From Selaginella moellendorffii (lineage: Eukaryota > Plantae > Lycopodiophyta): 64,000 nucleotides of DNA. Position numbers and translations under genes: made by a program. Shown here piece after piece: positions 25,851 through 39,277 of this stretch. Numbering within the stretch: position 1 is the first letter of the stretch; the number at the start of each line of letters is the position of its first letter. The stretch is taken from assembly GCF_000143415.4 (NCBI RefSeq), contig NW_003314356.1, positions 124,001 to 188,000 on the forward strand, written 5' to 3'. The notes under the pieces were generated by a model that had not been told where the DNA came from, searched no databases, and saw only the letters and a program-made list of their open reading frames with translations.

Positions 25851-28679
25851 GCTTGGTCGAGAGATTGCAATAATGCACTTGAAGAGGTTGCTTGAATCTA
25901 TCTCTGCTGCTATATGCCAAGCTCGGCACTACCTCTAACGGAAGCAGCTCACTACACCATCTTGTCAAGTTCGCTGCAAACTGAATATTGTCTTCCTCAG
26001 TCAAGCTGATTTCTTCCAGTTCTTCATGCCAAACAATGGTATGGCACTCTTAAGTTTGAGGTAAAAAGCTTTCACATTTTGTTTGTCAAGCTACCTTGGT
26101 TGACTTGCACAGGCTTAACCTCAGCGAGTCCATCTATCCACTGGCAAGTTCTCAGTGTTGAGAATAGCGAGCCAAGTGGCAGTGACTGAAGAGGTGAGTT
26201 TTCTATTTTTTATGCTTTTAGCTCCCTGGCAAACATCTGTATTCTCTTTTCTTCTTCTCTAGATTACTGACAACCTTGCTTGGAATGTATTGCAGTCATA
26301 CACATTGGAGATTAAGTTTCTTGAAGCTCTCTGATGCTTCAAACAAAAGGCAAGCACTGCCACCGTCAAGCATACATGACAATTGGCTTCAAGAAGATGA
26401 TGGCTAGGTTTATGAGTTTTGCAATTGTCAATTTTGCAACTGTTCTTGGCTCTTCTGTATCTGCCAAGTGAGTATTTCTGAGATATGACTCGATTTCTGA
26501 TGTTGAAGCATGTGAAGCTTTATGCAGTTTTGGTCAGAGTCTAGAACAATGCACTGGATCTTTGCACAGAAACACAGGAAACATTCAAAATAACCCAGCA
26601 CTTGAGGTGATATGCTCATTAACGTTTGTGATTTGTTTATCTCGAGGCATCTTTTTTAGGCACTTTGAGCATTGACTTACACAGGAACTTTCATTGGTGG
26701 GGGCAACGATTCTAGCAAAGAAGGCTCTGGAAGAAGCTTATATTACGAAGCAGATGATCTGTTTTCAGACCTCTTGAAAGATGAAAATGAAGGCTCAGCA
26801 TTAACAAGAAGTGACTATATCGCTTTTAAGGTTACAAAGGTCCATCTTGCAGGAACATCATTGGTTGTATCCTGGAATGAAGGCTACGTTGGAAGCAGCA
26901 ATGGGGTACATAATTTATCCCACAGCTTTTGCAAGTCTATTTCGACGTTGCATTGCAAGATATGAGCGATTGTAAGTTCCAAACCTTTGCATTTAATCTG
27001 CTGCTCTTTGTATGTTTAGCACTACTCTGCACTCTTTTACCTATGATCTTCTTCAGAATCAATGCCATGTTTCCGGATAAGGCATTTTCAATTGAGGTAA
27101 GCAAGATTAGTTTACTCATAAGCTGACTCATGTCTTAAATCAGGTCCAACAAACGTGTTGTCAGTTTGTGCACACTTTCTTCAAGAAATCTCCTCAATTC
27201 ATTGCTCTTTGAAGGTAAGCCTTTCTTCTCTATTTGAAGTTGTTATCCCAAAAGAAGTAAAAACATTGCAGAAGCCCATCACCAGTCAACCTCAAACAAG
27301 TGACAGTAAAGTAAGATGGATTTCACAATGTTTGAGTGTTAAACTTCTATTACATTTACGAGACTGAGCTTCCTTTGCAACTATGTTGAGTGGTTGGAGA
27401 CCAGGGGGTGGTGGTACTTGTTTCAAGGATGGTGTAAGAGAGCTCTTTGAAACTCTGGAGTTGGTTCTCTACAAAAACCTCTTCTTATGGTAATCGAAGT
27501 TTCTCACTGTTTATGTTGTGTCTAATCTTCACAAACATCCAGGCATAAAACTTCTGCCATCCCGGACCAGTCCCGGCTGCTATTTTTTGTCATAACCGCC
27601 ATAGCAAAGCTTGCAACGTGCCATTGAGAGCTCTTGCCTAGAGCTTGAGTGCTAAGGTTTGTTTTTTTTTTTTGTCTTCTCTAAGAAACTTTCTTGAGTT
27701 TAAGTTGCTGTTCTTGATGAAGGTGGCACAATCACATCAACTACTCAAAAAGACTGTCTGGAGAAGAATTGAAGATCACCATTGCTGCCTACGACTGAGT
27801 CCCTGGAGTGGAGAAGCTGGTGATGAATGCAAAGATGGACCTTGCCTTGCAGCTTATACAGCATGAGAAGCCCGAGAGCTTGCTACATTACTACAAGGCC
27901 ATGGAGCTGTCCACAAAGTTCGATTTGTTTCTCACATGTCCAAGAAGATTTGGCCCCCTGTCGATCACAACATGGTCAGATGCTACCAGCATTTTGGACA
28001 AATATTCACAGGGTTATACTTCCCACCAAAGGNNNNNNNNNNNNNNNNNNNNNNNNNNNNNNNNNNNNNNNNNNNNNNNNNNNNNNNNNNNNNNNNNNNN
28101 NNNNNNNNNNNNNNNNNNNNNNNNNNNNNNNNNNNNNNNNNNNNNNNNNNNNNNNNNNNNNNNNNNNNNNNNNNNNNNNNNNNNNNNNNNNNNNNNNNNN
28201 NNNNNNNNNNNNNNNNNNNNNNNNNNNNNNNNNNNNNNNNNNNNNNNNNNNNNNNNNNNNNNNNNNNNNNNNNNNNNNNNNNNNNNNNNNNNNNNNNNNN
28301 NNNNNNNNNNNNNNNNNNNNNNNNNNNNNNNNNNNNNNNNNNNNNNNNNNNNNNNNNNNNNNNNNNNNNNNNNNNNNNNNNNNNNNNNNNNNNNNNNNNN
28401 NNNNNNNNNNNNNNNNNNNNNNNNNNNNNNNNNNNNNNNNNNNNNNNNNNNNNCAATTCTCTAGTGGATCTCTGTGAGCTTCTTCTGGATCTGCTTCGCC
28501 CCACTGTGCCAAACCACTTATAACCTTTTGGAGTAGATTGTAAATCAGCTATTTACAAACATTTTTAATTCATTAATTATTTTATTAATATTATTATTGA
28601 ATTAAATAATTATAATTAAATATTAAATTAGCTGATTCTGCTAATTTACAATCTATCCACTCAAAACCTTTATGATACA

Positions 28680-29090
28680 CATGCTGCAATGCGAACAATA
28701 CTCAGCCAAGGACATTCAACCATTCCCCACTTGGAGCATGTCAGGATCTGAAAGAGAGAAGCTTGAGAAATTTATGCAAAGCCAACCATTGATCTCACTG
28801 TTCCACCCTTTGGGATGCCCACAAATTGTTGGCGTCCGCTAGCAACTCTATACTGCAAGCAAAACTGGTCATAGAAGGGAAAAAGAAGAAGAGCTAAGAG
28901 AACTTTACCATGGCTATCTGTCTTTAGTGATGTCTGTCAGCTAGCTATTCACATACTTCCCAGCCCACATGGTTGGATGATCTGCTCCCCTATGCACAGA
29001 AACATGAGCTCTTATATCGCAAGAGATAGCAACAAAAAAAATTTAATTACCATTCACACATTACATAGAAGATAGGATGTTTGCTTTTGT
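28680..29090 (-). pseudogene. Alpha-galactosidase (GH27) internal fragment, four small exons
   Basis: Minus-strand peptides HPIFYVMCEW, GADHPTMWAGKYVNS*, LADANNLWAS and DPDMLQVGNG*MSLAEY match the GH27 motifs RPIFFSLCEW / DPATWA..GNSW / DPDMLEVGNG. Confidence 0.78.
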
Positions 29091-30159
29091 TGAGAGCCTC
29101 ACTCACTGGGTTTTGTGGTGGTGTTGCTCCATTTCTGAGATGCAAACATTGTTTGCATACTGAGCATGAGAAGGCTGATTTTTCTTGTGAAATCAATTTT
29201 CATACTTGAGATAGTCGGTTCCCTATATGAGAAGAAATAACTCAATTGACATGTTGAAATGGAACAAAATCAGCATGTTTACTGTACTTGTGTCTTGAAA
29301 CTCGTGGCTCTTTGAAGCCACTCAATGGCATTTATAAGTCGTTCTCCTGGAAAACATCTACAAATGATAAGTTGTTCATTGGAAAAAAGAACTCTCTACC
29401 TTCCAGTAAATTTCACCAGATCATTACCTGTACTTTTGAGATCCACATTGAGACCTTTCAGCTTTCCTATCACTACCGCATCCTTGATCCCTGTATGGAA
29501 AAAAAATGTTTTCTATTCTACATCTTCTTCCACAATTGTACAACTGACCTCTTCCAGAATAAGATGTGAAGCTGGCTATATATATAGATATAACATTATA
29601 ATTTGGCCCCCGGGAGATTTGGCCCCCCGTCGATCACAACATGGTCAGATGCTACCAGCATTTTGGACAAATATTCACAGGTTATACTTCCCACCAAAGG
29701 ATCAACTACAAGAAAATAAGTTCAAGAAAAACAAAGAGCAAAGTCACAAGGATCTGGCTCACCCAGCAATGCACAAATCAAAACAAAACTTTGGAAATTG
29801 TAAGAGCTGGACTTTAATTTTCCTTGAGAGTTTTCAAGAATATCTGTCCACTAGGATGAATGTTGCAGTGATAGATTCACGTTTTAAACACCACCTACAT
29901 TTTCCAACAAGAGATAAGATCTTTGAATTCTTCATCCTTTCCACATTATCTTGAGAGGCTTTAATGGATAATTGCTGGGGAGGCTAATGTTGACCTTAGA
30001 AAGGGATCCTATGAGATCAAGAAGAATTTCTTCAAAATTGAGAATTGAGCTAAGAAATTCCATACATGCAAGTAAACCCAGAAGAAAAAGAATGGTCAAG
30101 ATGGCTTGTGAGCCAAGGAAATGGCAATCTCCCTAACCAAGGTTTAACCAAGTTTACAT

Positions 30160-30345
30160 TGCTGAGTTCACACCCCATTGATCAAAGAAGTATATGTATG
30201 AATTTGTATATGATAAATGTATCTGTAGTTGATTCCCCAGATAAATCCCTGCACCACGACCCAGTGATCATACAAAGATAGAAGATGGCCAACTGTATAT
30301 GGCTTTAGAGTTGGTAGCAGCATGCTCAAGGCTGGATGGTTGCTG
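30160..30345 (-). pseudogene. Cytosolic glucose-6-phosphate isomerase C-terminal fragment
   Basis: [39 protein letters not shown] plus a next exon DQWGV; compare GNRPS..LL...GQLL..YEH...QG..WGINSFDQWGVE. Confidence 0.8.
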
Positions 30346-31494
30346 GTGAATTCTTGCAGACTTTCACCTAGCATGCTAGGTAACTATAGAGCAGCAAGGA
30401 AAGAACATTCAGAAACTTACTTTGTGAGGAGTCAAATAATCCAGAACACCTTCTGCTCGAAGTTCCTCAAGGATCTGAAGAAAGAAACATTTAGACCATG
30501 AAAGAATACAAGAGATTCCTTACTGACCCTGCCATCTTGCAAGTTATACATAAAAGATTTTGATTAGAATCCTTTCTATAATTTTAAATTTCTATAATAA
30601 CTTCCTATACAGTGATAATAATTGCAACAATATGGGATATGAGAGACCATCTGCTTATATTACTTTTGTTACCAATAAAAGAAAGGGTATATACAAAGAC
30701 AATGTTCCATTGTCATAAAAAGTATTTGTGGATATTGATGATCTCCAAGGTATAACTATCAATCTCTACACTAAAATGACATTATGAATTTCAGACAAAC
30801 AATTTGAAAAATATACATCATCACTACTGGATGATGAAAACAAACAACTAATTCTTTAGGATTCATGTCACCTATGTAACAGATGTCCTATCTATTCCAG
30901 CGGAGCTGGATTTCTTGCTAGTTATCTTTAAACGGAATACAAAGCCTTTAGATCTAAATAAATGTTTGTAGAAAATTAATAGAGCGACCAGAGTTTGCTC
31001 AGTGCAGCGTTATTGAATCTTTTCCATTTTAGAGTGCATTGAGAAAGAAAAATAGGCTTCTATGTTGAAAGCTGTTGGACTACCATCTTTGTAGCTGCCC
31101 AATTATTGTCCTTGTACTGTATGTCTTTAACAGTTCCATTCAAGGTTGTCTCGCTGGCAAGGTAGGAGAAGATTTTAAGGTGCCATTTATTATTTAATCG
31201 GTCCACAATCTACATCCATTGGAGGAGTGATAAAAGCCATGTCCATATCAAGAAGGAGAACAAGATGGATACCTTAACTCTAAAGACACAACATGACATT
31301 CTCTATTGCTTGAGTGTTGATAGAAAATACATGGTGTTATTCGTTTGGTTTGCTCATTTATTGTTCAAAGATTGATCCTTCTTGAATTTTGTCCATTTTT
31401 TAACTGAATTTCCCAAACCGAGAACATATTGCATCTTTTCGGTTCAAGGAAAAGGCGTGTTCATTCTTTTAGCAAACAATATACAAATGATTAC

Positions 31495-31540
31495 AAAAAT
31501 AATAAATAAATAAATAAAATAAAATAAAATAAAATAAAAA
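31495..31540 (+). repeat. (TAAA)n/(TAAAA)n simple repeat
   Basis: Directly visible. Confidence 0.9.
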
Positions 31541-32409
31541 TCTTATGTCAAGTGTTGCCTGGCAATTGAGCAGCCAATTCTAGACTATCTGCACCATTCT
31601 AGACAATGTAGACCTAATTCCTGGAACAAGGATGGTGCAAGCTGGATTTTGCTGCTACTTCTCCCAGGGCTTTGTATCACAGCCGGTAGAGAATAACCCA
31701 CTGGTTGTCTTAGCAGAGATCATGGTGGAGAAGAGTTGATAATGGAAGAAGGCTATAAAGTTGAGTTGACGTTCCAGGGCTCATGGCTATTACAATCGTT
31801 TGGCTTGATTTCGTCAGAGCATGGGCCTCAATATTGCAGGGGAAAGAGACGTCTTTCGTTAAGGTGGAGATTATTCTCGCGTTCAATTAACAACAGAACG
31901 CTCTTCAAGTAAGTGGCCGTGTATTTTATTGCAGAAGTAAAACGATGAATATTCCTTCATGAAAGCTCTTGAATTTCTTTTTGAAGAGCTAGATTATATC
32001 ATGCAGTCCTTTTCACCTTTTCATTGTATTCATTTCTACTCAATGGTGTAAGCACTTTCTCATATTTTTGCAGTAATAATCATGGAGTTAATACTAATAT
32101 GCATTGCTCAAGAAGATTATAACCAGGTGATGCTTGGAAGAGCTTTCAGCAGTGAACGATATTTGCTAATTCGTGAAGGATGTCCCTACTTTAAACTCCT
32201 CTTGAGTAAGCACACCATTCCCTACAAACGTCAGCATTTTTAAGCTTTGAAAGCTCTAGAAGTGGTTGTGGCTCTGGTTGGATTACTCTTTTTTTTTTGT
32301 TCTTGCTCTAATACCATTATCACTATGCATAGATGGATGTCATCTACTATAACTCTAAAAACTATGCTCAGAGACGTCCAAAGAATATTCCACTAAAGTT
32401 GGTAATGAA

Positions 32410-32790
32410 GGTCTTTGGTTTATCATATCTTGACCACAACTCAATCCCAAAATTATCTACTAAAAAGATCAGATCAGCAAATATCTTGTTGGATAAGGAT
32501 CTCAGCTGTGAGCTCAGCAAGCTTTCCAAGCAGAAAGACAAGGAGTCAAAGTAAGTTTTCTAATGCTATTGTTTCCTCTTATTCTTTCAAGAAGGTATGG
32601 TAAATAAGGACAAAGCTGAGGAAGTCTAGTTTGATTTGAAAAACAATCGCCAGGGCATCAAGGTTCGAGAAAGGCTGGCTTAATTTGAAACTAATTTGGA
32701 ACTGGATACAAAGTTTTGACAAATGTGTTTTTTCCAGGGCAAATCTTCTTGCAATATCAAATTTCAAGCAAGAGTTTTTGGCTATCTAGC
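32410..32790 (+). pseudogene. Decayed receptor-like kinase fragment (subdomains VIb-VIII)
   Basis: GLSYLDHNSIPK...IRSANILLDKD and a later FGYLAS. Confidence 0.55.
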
Positions 32791-33899
32791 ATCCAATGAC
32801 TACAAAACCTGGTTTCATAAGATCAGCAATTCTTGCTGCCTTGAAATTTGTTCAAGTTTTCAGCAATGGCCTAAGAAGAAATTTACTTCCAAAGATTTGA
32901 GTTTCTGGATTCACACCATGTATAGATTGCCTAGTATGAAGCATAAAGCCAAAAAGTTTTTAGGCTTAATGCATGCAACCTCCGGAGCTCTACCTGGAAG
33001 ACGGAACTAGAATTCAATGTTTTTTAGAATGATTTTTCATATAGAGGTCTGAATCAGCTCACACTCCCTGCTGGAATTCTGGCTCAAGCTCGGTGCACTG
33101 CCAATAGCCAGGTCCCTGGAAATAGCTTCTGCATTGGGAGCTAGTTCATGAGAGATCCGTCACTTTCTGGGCCAAATGACAAAGAGCAAGCTCGCGATGT
33201 GCCTATGAATAGGATACAACTCGTTATAAATTTTCGAAAATTCAAGCATGAAGAGCACCACGGGATTCTTTGAAGCGTAAATGGAAGCGGCAGGACATGG
33301 AAATGGTTTAAAAAGAAGACAGGGTAAGAGGAGGACCAAGAGGACGACAACCGACTACCATTGTATAGCTAGAAAAGAAAGATGAAAAGAATGGGTGGAG
33401 TTATTTTTGTCCTGGTGCTGGAAGATGTTGATCCCACTTTGGGTAAAGGCTTCTACTTTTATAAGCAGGTAAATCTGGAATTATGAATGCTTCTTTTCTT
33501 AGCACCTCCAGCCAAGAGCAAGAAGTAGAAGAAGATGAGGCTGCGACCTCCGGTTATTATCTTCCAGTGATTTTCGAGGAGCCACACCAAAAACTCTGGA
33601 AGAGGTTAGCAGTAGAACTTCTCATTGATCAATAGGAGGCAACTCGATATGCCTGAGCTATAAACCTTGGAGGCACCTCTTCTCGTAGCCCAGAAAAAAT
33701 CCCAGAAAAGTGGAGAACCAATCTGGGACGACAACCAGCTCCAGCATCCGAGTCCTCTCCTCTGGTTCCTCAGACGATGGGCTGCTCAAGGTCTTCTGCT
33801 CATTCTCGTCAGGTAATGGTTTTCTGTGCAGGTGTGCTACAAAATTGAAGACTCACCTGTTCCACCAAAACCATTTCCCATGGTCGAGGAAACAGGATT

Positions 33900-34520
33900 G
33901 CAGACAATGCACCACTTTCTGCAAAACCTGATGTAGAAGAGGTTGCTGTGGACAGTGAGGGTGTGAAGATTGTCAATATTTCTGTGGAGTCTAAGTCAAG
34001 TTACTATACAATGTAGCACTGACTTTGTGATGTCTTCAAAGAGCGTAACAAGATGGGTACGACTTCTGGATTGGAGGTAAATCACGTATTTTTTCATCAA
34101 TCACGTATGTTATTAATCAAGTGGCACAGCAGGGTGCTGGAAAGACCTCTATATTATGCGCTGATGGGCCAAGGTGGCGGCATTAGCATGAACACTGATA
34201 CCAACGATTTTTTTCCAGACATGGAGTGGCATGAAAGTGTTTATTGTGGTGTTGGATACATAGATGTGGCAGGTGTTAACTTGCAGGTAAAATTTTCTTC
34301 CTTACTCGGCTTTGATTGGTTTACTGATTGGTTCCATGTAGGACCTGTCATACAAAGAAGAGCAGCTGAAGAATGATTTGTTGAGAGCAGATCCGTATGA
34401 AAGCTTTGACTTGGTAGTTCTTGTGCACAATCTGGCTCACAAGATTCCCAGGCTGCAACAACAGGCTGCCGATCACTCTCGACCAGCTCTTGGCACCCTC
34501 CTGGACGAGATCACTACTGC
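33900..34520 (+). pseudogene. Fragment resembling the C-terminal part of plant class-3 lipase/P-loop fusion proteins
   Basis: YIDVAGVNLQDL...FDLVVLVHNLAHKIPR...RPALGTLLDE. Recalled similarity, not searched. Confidence 0.5.
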
Positions 34521-36199
34521 TTTTTTGTTTTCACCACAATGGCTTTTTTGCAGAAAAAATTATTGGACATGATCCGGAGAAGGAGAAGCGGTGATTGATC
34601 GTTTGTATAACCTGGAAAATGTTAGAGGTTAGAGTGAATTGTAACTTTGTTTTCTCAGCTAGCTTGGGTGGAGTATGGCGATGATATATGGCGATTGATG
34701 AATCGGCGATCAGAAATATACTATGAAGAGTTATCCAAGGTTCACAGTTTGTCATGAAACGGAATGAGAACACCATGCTTGTTTTGCAGATGCTGGCCCA
34801 CGAGAATGGGTGGCAGCTGGGAGTTCGCTGTGCTGTACACTGGATTGGATTAGCTTGTTGGATGCACTCATCAGAATGGGTCTCGATGAGTACTTCCAAG
34901 TGAGTGAGGACATCGTGCATGGTTTTAATACAATCGTTGTTGAGCTTAGGCAGTTGGCACAGAAGAGGATGGAATGGACACCACCACGGATTGGGAGCTT
35001 CCTTTGTCCCGGAGACCAGAGTGGCCGTGAGCTGGATCCTTTGTCCCAGAGACCCAGCACCCGTCTCTGTTCGATCACTGGTCCACAAAGATCTTATTGA
35101 TATCGATATCGACGAGCCACTGAAGAAGAACCTGAGTAATTTCAGCCAAAGAGATTGAGGGAGCTCTCCAGTTGCCAATGACCCAACTACCATTGCTCTG
35201 GCAGCCTCTGCTCAGGTTGTCCACTGGTGAATTCCAAATATTTTCACACCCAGCTCAACGATCTCCAATCCAAGCAACGCAGTAAGTAGTGAGTTGATGC
35301 TTTCCTGTTCATTAAAGTTCCCGTTTTTCCAGTTTTATTGTTCCTCCAAAGTGGAAGTTGAGCCCTTTGTTTCATAGATTTATAAAGCTGACTAACGATA
35401 GCCACCCAAGAGAGTTAGAAAGTCGGCATCATGTCTCCAACTATAGGCTTAAGTTCTGCAGCCTTGAAAACCCCAGGAAGCGATCTTCCACTTCAACAGA
35501 GCCTATCACCTCCACTTCACAACCACGGCCTCATTGCTCACCTGGCTTCCTATTTTTTATTTTCTATGAGACTCTTCTTGTCCTTTTGGTAAGAGTGGCA
35601 GTAACAAAAAAGAGCCTCTGAAGGAAACATGTGCTTGCTAGGCGAGGTCTTCTTAGCTGTTAAAGTAGAGAATAAGAAATTATACAAGGAAACTAATCTC
35701 CAAGGAAGTATGGAGCAGTAGCAGCAGCAAATGGAAGCTTCAGGTTCTTGATATAGTTCTTTTTATTTTTTTCCAAATTTAAAAATATCACATTGTCAAG
35801 AGCTGGAATATTATACAAGAAGGTAATAATTCATTTACAGCTAATGGATTTAAGTCCTTGCTCTGTTTTCTAACTTTAACAAAACCCACTGATAAACTTT
35901 ATAGTAATTAAAAACATTAGGAGATTGGAACTATGATCTATTGAACCACCATGACCTATTGCTATAATATGACCAAAGTGCTGGTTATTGACCCCCTTGT
36001 GATGTATGGAGATTTTGCTCTGGTTGCGGGACATGCAATGGAATGATATCCAATGCTACTTGGTAGCTTTGAAGATCAAGCCCTATGAAATTTCAAAAAA
36101 AGTTTAAATGAACAGTAAAGAATATGACTTTCAACCTTCTTTGTGATAATTGTGTTACTAAAAAATTTTATGTCTTAACATTGTTGATTGCTGGAGCAT

Positions 36200-39100
36200 T
36201 GACACAAACCACAGGAATATTCCAAGAATATTCTATGGCCTATGGGATTTAAGGCCGTAACGCCTTAAGGGTTAGGAGGTTGGCCTAGGGTTCGCTCCCT
36301 TGTTCGTTTCATTAGTATCGGAGCAGCATGTTCTTTTATGGATGGCGGTGAGCAAGATATTGATCCTAATGAGGAGTATGGCATTAGTGATGATGGCCAT
36401 GATGATGCAAAAGAGACTCTTGATGATGTCATTGTGCGGCAAGGACGCCAGATTTCTGAGCTTTAGAGCAACATAAAAGAGGTTAAGGATTCTGTCAATT
36501 TCATTAAAGATTTCTTGCTTTGCATGGACCCTCAAGGGTTGAATCAATTTCATGTCCGTGATTACCATTGGTACGTCAAACATGCCAAGGATTATGGTAT
36601 TGTGGAATGGAAATCATCACCAGATGTTTGTGATAGTCAAGAGGTTGATTCTTGGTTGGAATTGTGGGAAAGTTGTTAATCTCACAATCCTTGTGAGGAT
36701 AAGGTGAAGATAGATTTTTTTGTGATGAAGCTTATGGGCCATGCTTCTTCGTGGTGGAAGAACTACATTAAAGCCAATCCAAAGCTAACTTTTTGGACTA
36801 GTTTGACAAAGGTTTTTCACGCTTCGTTTGTCAAGAAGTTTGAAGAAGTTGATCTCGTGAATCAGCTGTTAGAGATCTGGTAGGGGACTTTATCTTTGGA
36901 TGAGTATGCCCACAAGTTCTGTGATCTTTGCCTTAATGAGGCACCTATAATGAGCTACTAAAGGTGCAATGTTGATTGAGCTTAGTGGATGTGTAGCAAA
37001 AAGTCAAGAAGGATTTTTCAGCAACATTGACTGATGCTATCACTAAGGCTCAGATTTTTTTGCCCAAACCATTAGTCAACTCTGGTCAACGAGATGGTTA
37101 ATGGGATAGTTAATGTGATGACCAGCTTGCCAATACTTCATATTCGGGGAAGAAATGGTCATTATTCTATTGTGGCTCGAAGCATGAAGATGGCAGTGAG
37201 GATAAGAAATTTTGTTTGGACCAGCGAGAGAAGGACAAGGCGGAAGGCAATTGTTTTCGTTGCCACAGAGCTGGCAAGGATTGTTCTGAAGGGGTCAATG
37301 AATGATAAGGTGATTGTAGGCAATGATGTGAGTGATAGTGCTTTTGGGGCTGTATTGCTTCAAGTTAGGCATTCTCTTGCATTCATAAGCCACAAGTTTG
37401 ATGCCACACAGTGGAATTGACCTACTCGAGAATGGCGATATTATCTATATGGATCAGACTTCCATGTAGATTCAGATAATCAGTCTCTCCAGATGTGGAT
37501 CTTCGAGGCCATCTTGCTCGTTGGCAAGAGTTCCTGCAGGAAATGTCTATTAAGATCCGGCAAAAGCATGGAGGTGACAATAAGGTGGCTGATGCATTAT
37601 CCAAGATGGTAAATTCTATCTCGTTTGTGAAGCTATCCAGCAATCTCTTGAATGAGCTTAAGGAGTTTGCTGACTTCGACTTCTTTATCACTGATATTCA
37701 CACGAAGGTTTTGTTGAGGGATGCCTCTACAGATTTGAAGGGTGACAAGTTTGCATCATTCGAAATATGAGATGGAATCCTGGTGAAAAAGGGATGTGTA
37801 GTGGTTCCTCGTGTTGATAAACTCATCAAATAGATTTTGGTTGAGTGTCATGATCTGTCAAGTGCTAGGCATCCAGGGGTATTAAGAACATATATGTTGG
37901 TGAAGAGGCATTTCTTTTGGCCTGGGATGAAGTCAGATGTTGAGAAGTATGTACGTGATTGTTTGACCTTAAAGTTGATCATCAGAAGCTCGTTGGCCTC
38001 TATCATCCTTTACGTGTACCCGAGAATAAATGGGATAGCATTTTGATAGACTTTATCACTGGTTTGCCCAAAACCTTTTGAGGAAATGATGCTATTTGGG
38101 TTGTTGTGAATCATTTGACAAAGATGGCTCACTTCTTCCCTGTGAAGACGATGATAAAAGCTTCTGAACTTGCTCAGTTGTTTGTAGACCAGTTATTCAG
38201 TCTCTATGGTTTGTCGGGTGACTTTGTGAGTGATCGGGATCCCAAGTTCACATCCAAGTTTTGGCAAACGGTCTTTAAGAAGCTAGTGAGCATCCACAAT
38301 CAGATGGACAGACAAAGCGCATGAATCAGCTATTAGAATATATGCTGAGGTCTTTTGTGGGAAACTTGACTTGACAAAGAGTATGGGAGAAGGACTTGCC
38401 TTTGCTTCAGTTTGCTCACAATAACGCTCATCAATTGGCTATTGGCATGTCTCCCTTTATGACGATGAGCCTAGGTCTCTTATGAGTTTGAATTTGGCTT
38501 TGGTTCGGGTATTTCATGCTTATGATTTCCTGGAGGATATGCAAGACAAGCTTGAGTTGGCAAAGTTGAACATGAGGCAAGCTCAAGAGTGAGACAAAAG
38601 ATTGGCTGATGAGCATTGTCGTCATCAAGAGTACAAAGTTGGTGACCAGGTTTTCTTTAAGCTGTCGGATGCACAATGGTCTCTGAAAGGAAGTGGTAGT
38701 GCTAAGTTGTCTCCACGGTATTGTGGGCCTTGGACAATTTTACAGCATGTGGGGGATCTTGCATACACTTTGGACTTGCCAACTAGTTCAAAGATTTATC
38801 CAACATTCTATATGAGCAAGCGTAAAGTGTGTTTGCACTCTGGTGATGTCATGGATCAGTCCATCATCCAGGTCCCAGAGATTGATGCAGAGAAGGCTGG
38901 GGCGGTTATGACTTGGATGACATTCCTGAAGAAAGGGAAAATTGAGTTTTATACCCATATTGCTATAGATTTGAGCCGTTTATTCTATTCTCATTCTCTT
39001 GTTTCCATGACCGTATTTTCATGCGAGAAAGCCATATTGCTTTCTTTCTTTCGTGGCCATTTGTCATGATGTCAGTGTTGCCGTTTGCACATCTTTTCTC

Positions 39101-39277
39101 CATGGCCGTATTGCCTTGGACTCCTTTCATGGGAGGCTTGTTTAGCTTCTTGAGGCTGCTGTATGTGGCTGGGTCAATGAAAGGAACCATGGGAATATTC
39201 TGAGAATATTCTATGGCATGTAGGATTTAAGGCCATAACACCTTAAGGGTTGGGAGGTCGCTCTCTTGTTCGTTTCA
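36200..39277 (+). mobile_element. Gypsy deletion derivative with very short LTRs (gag, partial RNase H, integrase; PR and RT missing)
   Basis: LTRs at 36200-36311 and 39178-39277 (TG...TGTTCGTTTCA). TSD AGCAT at 36195-36199 and 39278-39282. PBS-like TAGTATCGGAGC at 36313-36324. Peptides ARWQEFL, NKVADALS, HPG..T..FFWPGM, SDRDPKFTS, KLSPRYCGPW; many stops. Confidence 0.88.

Larger units (their letters stand above)
25193..30921 (+). mobile_element. Second non-autonomous Helitron, tandem to the previous one, with captured fragments
   Basis: Starts TCCTTCTATATTTAAAA immediately after the CTAG at 25192. Ends with hairpin TCCAGC-gga-GCTGGA at 30896-30910 and CTAG at 30918-30921, then T. Confidence 0.68.

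Noticed and set aside
27808-28523. Five long ORFs of 168-218 aa
   Set aside because: They are open only because they run through the N gap at 28033-28453.
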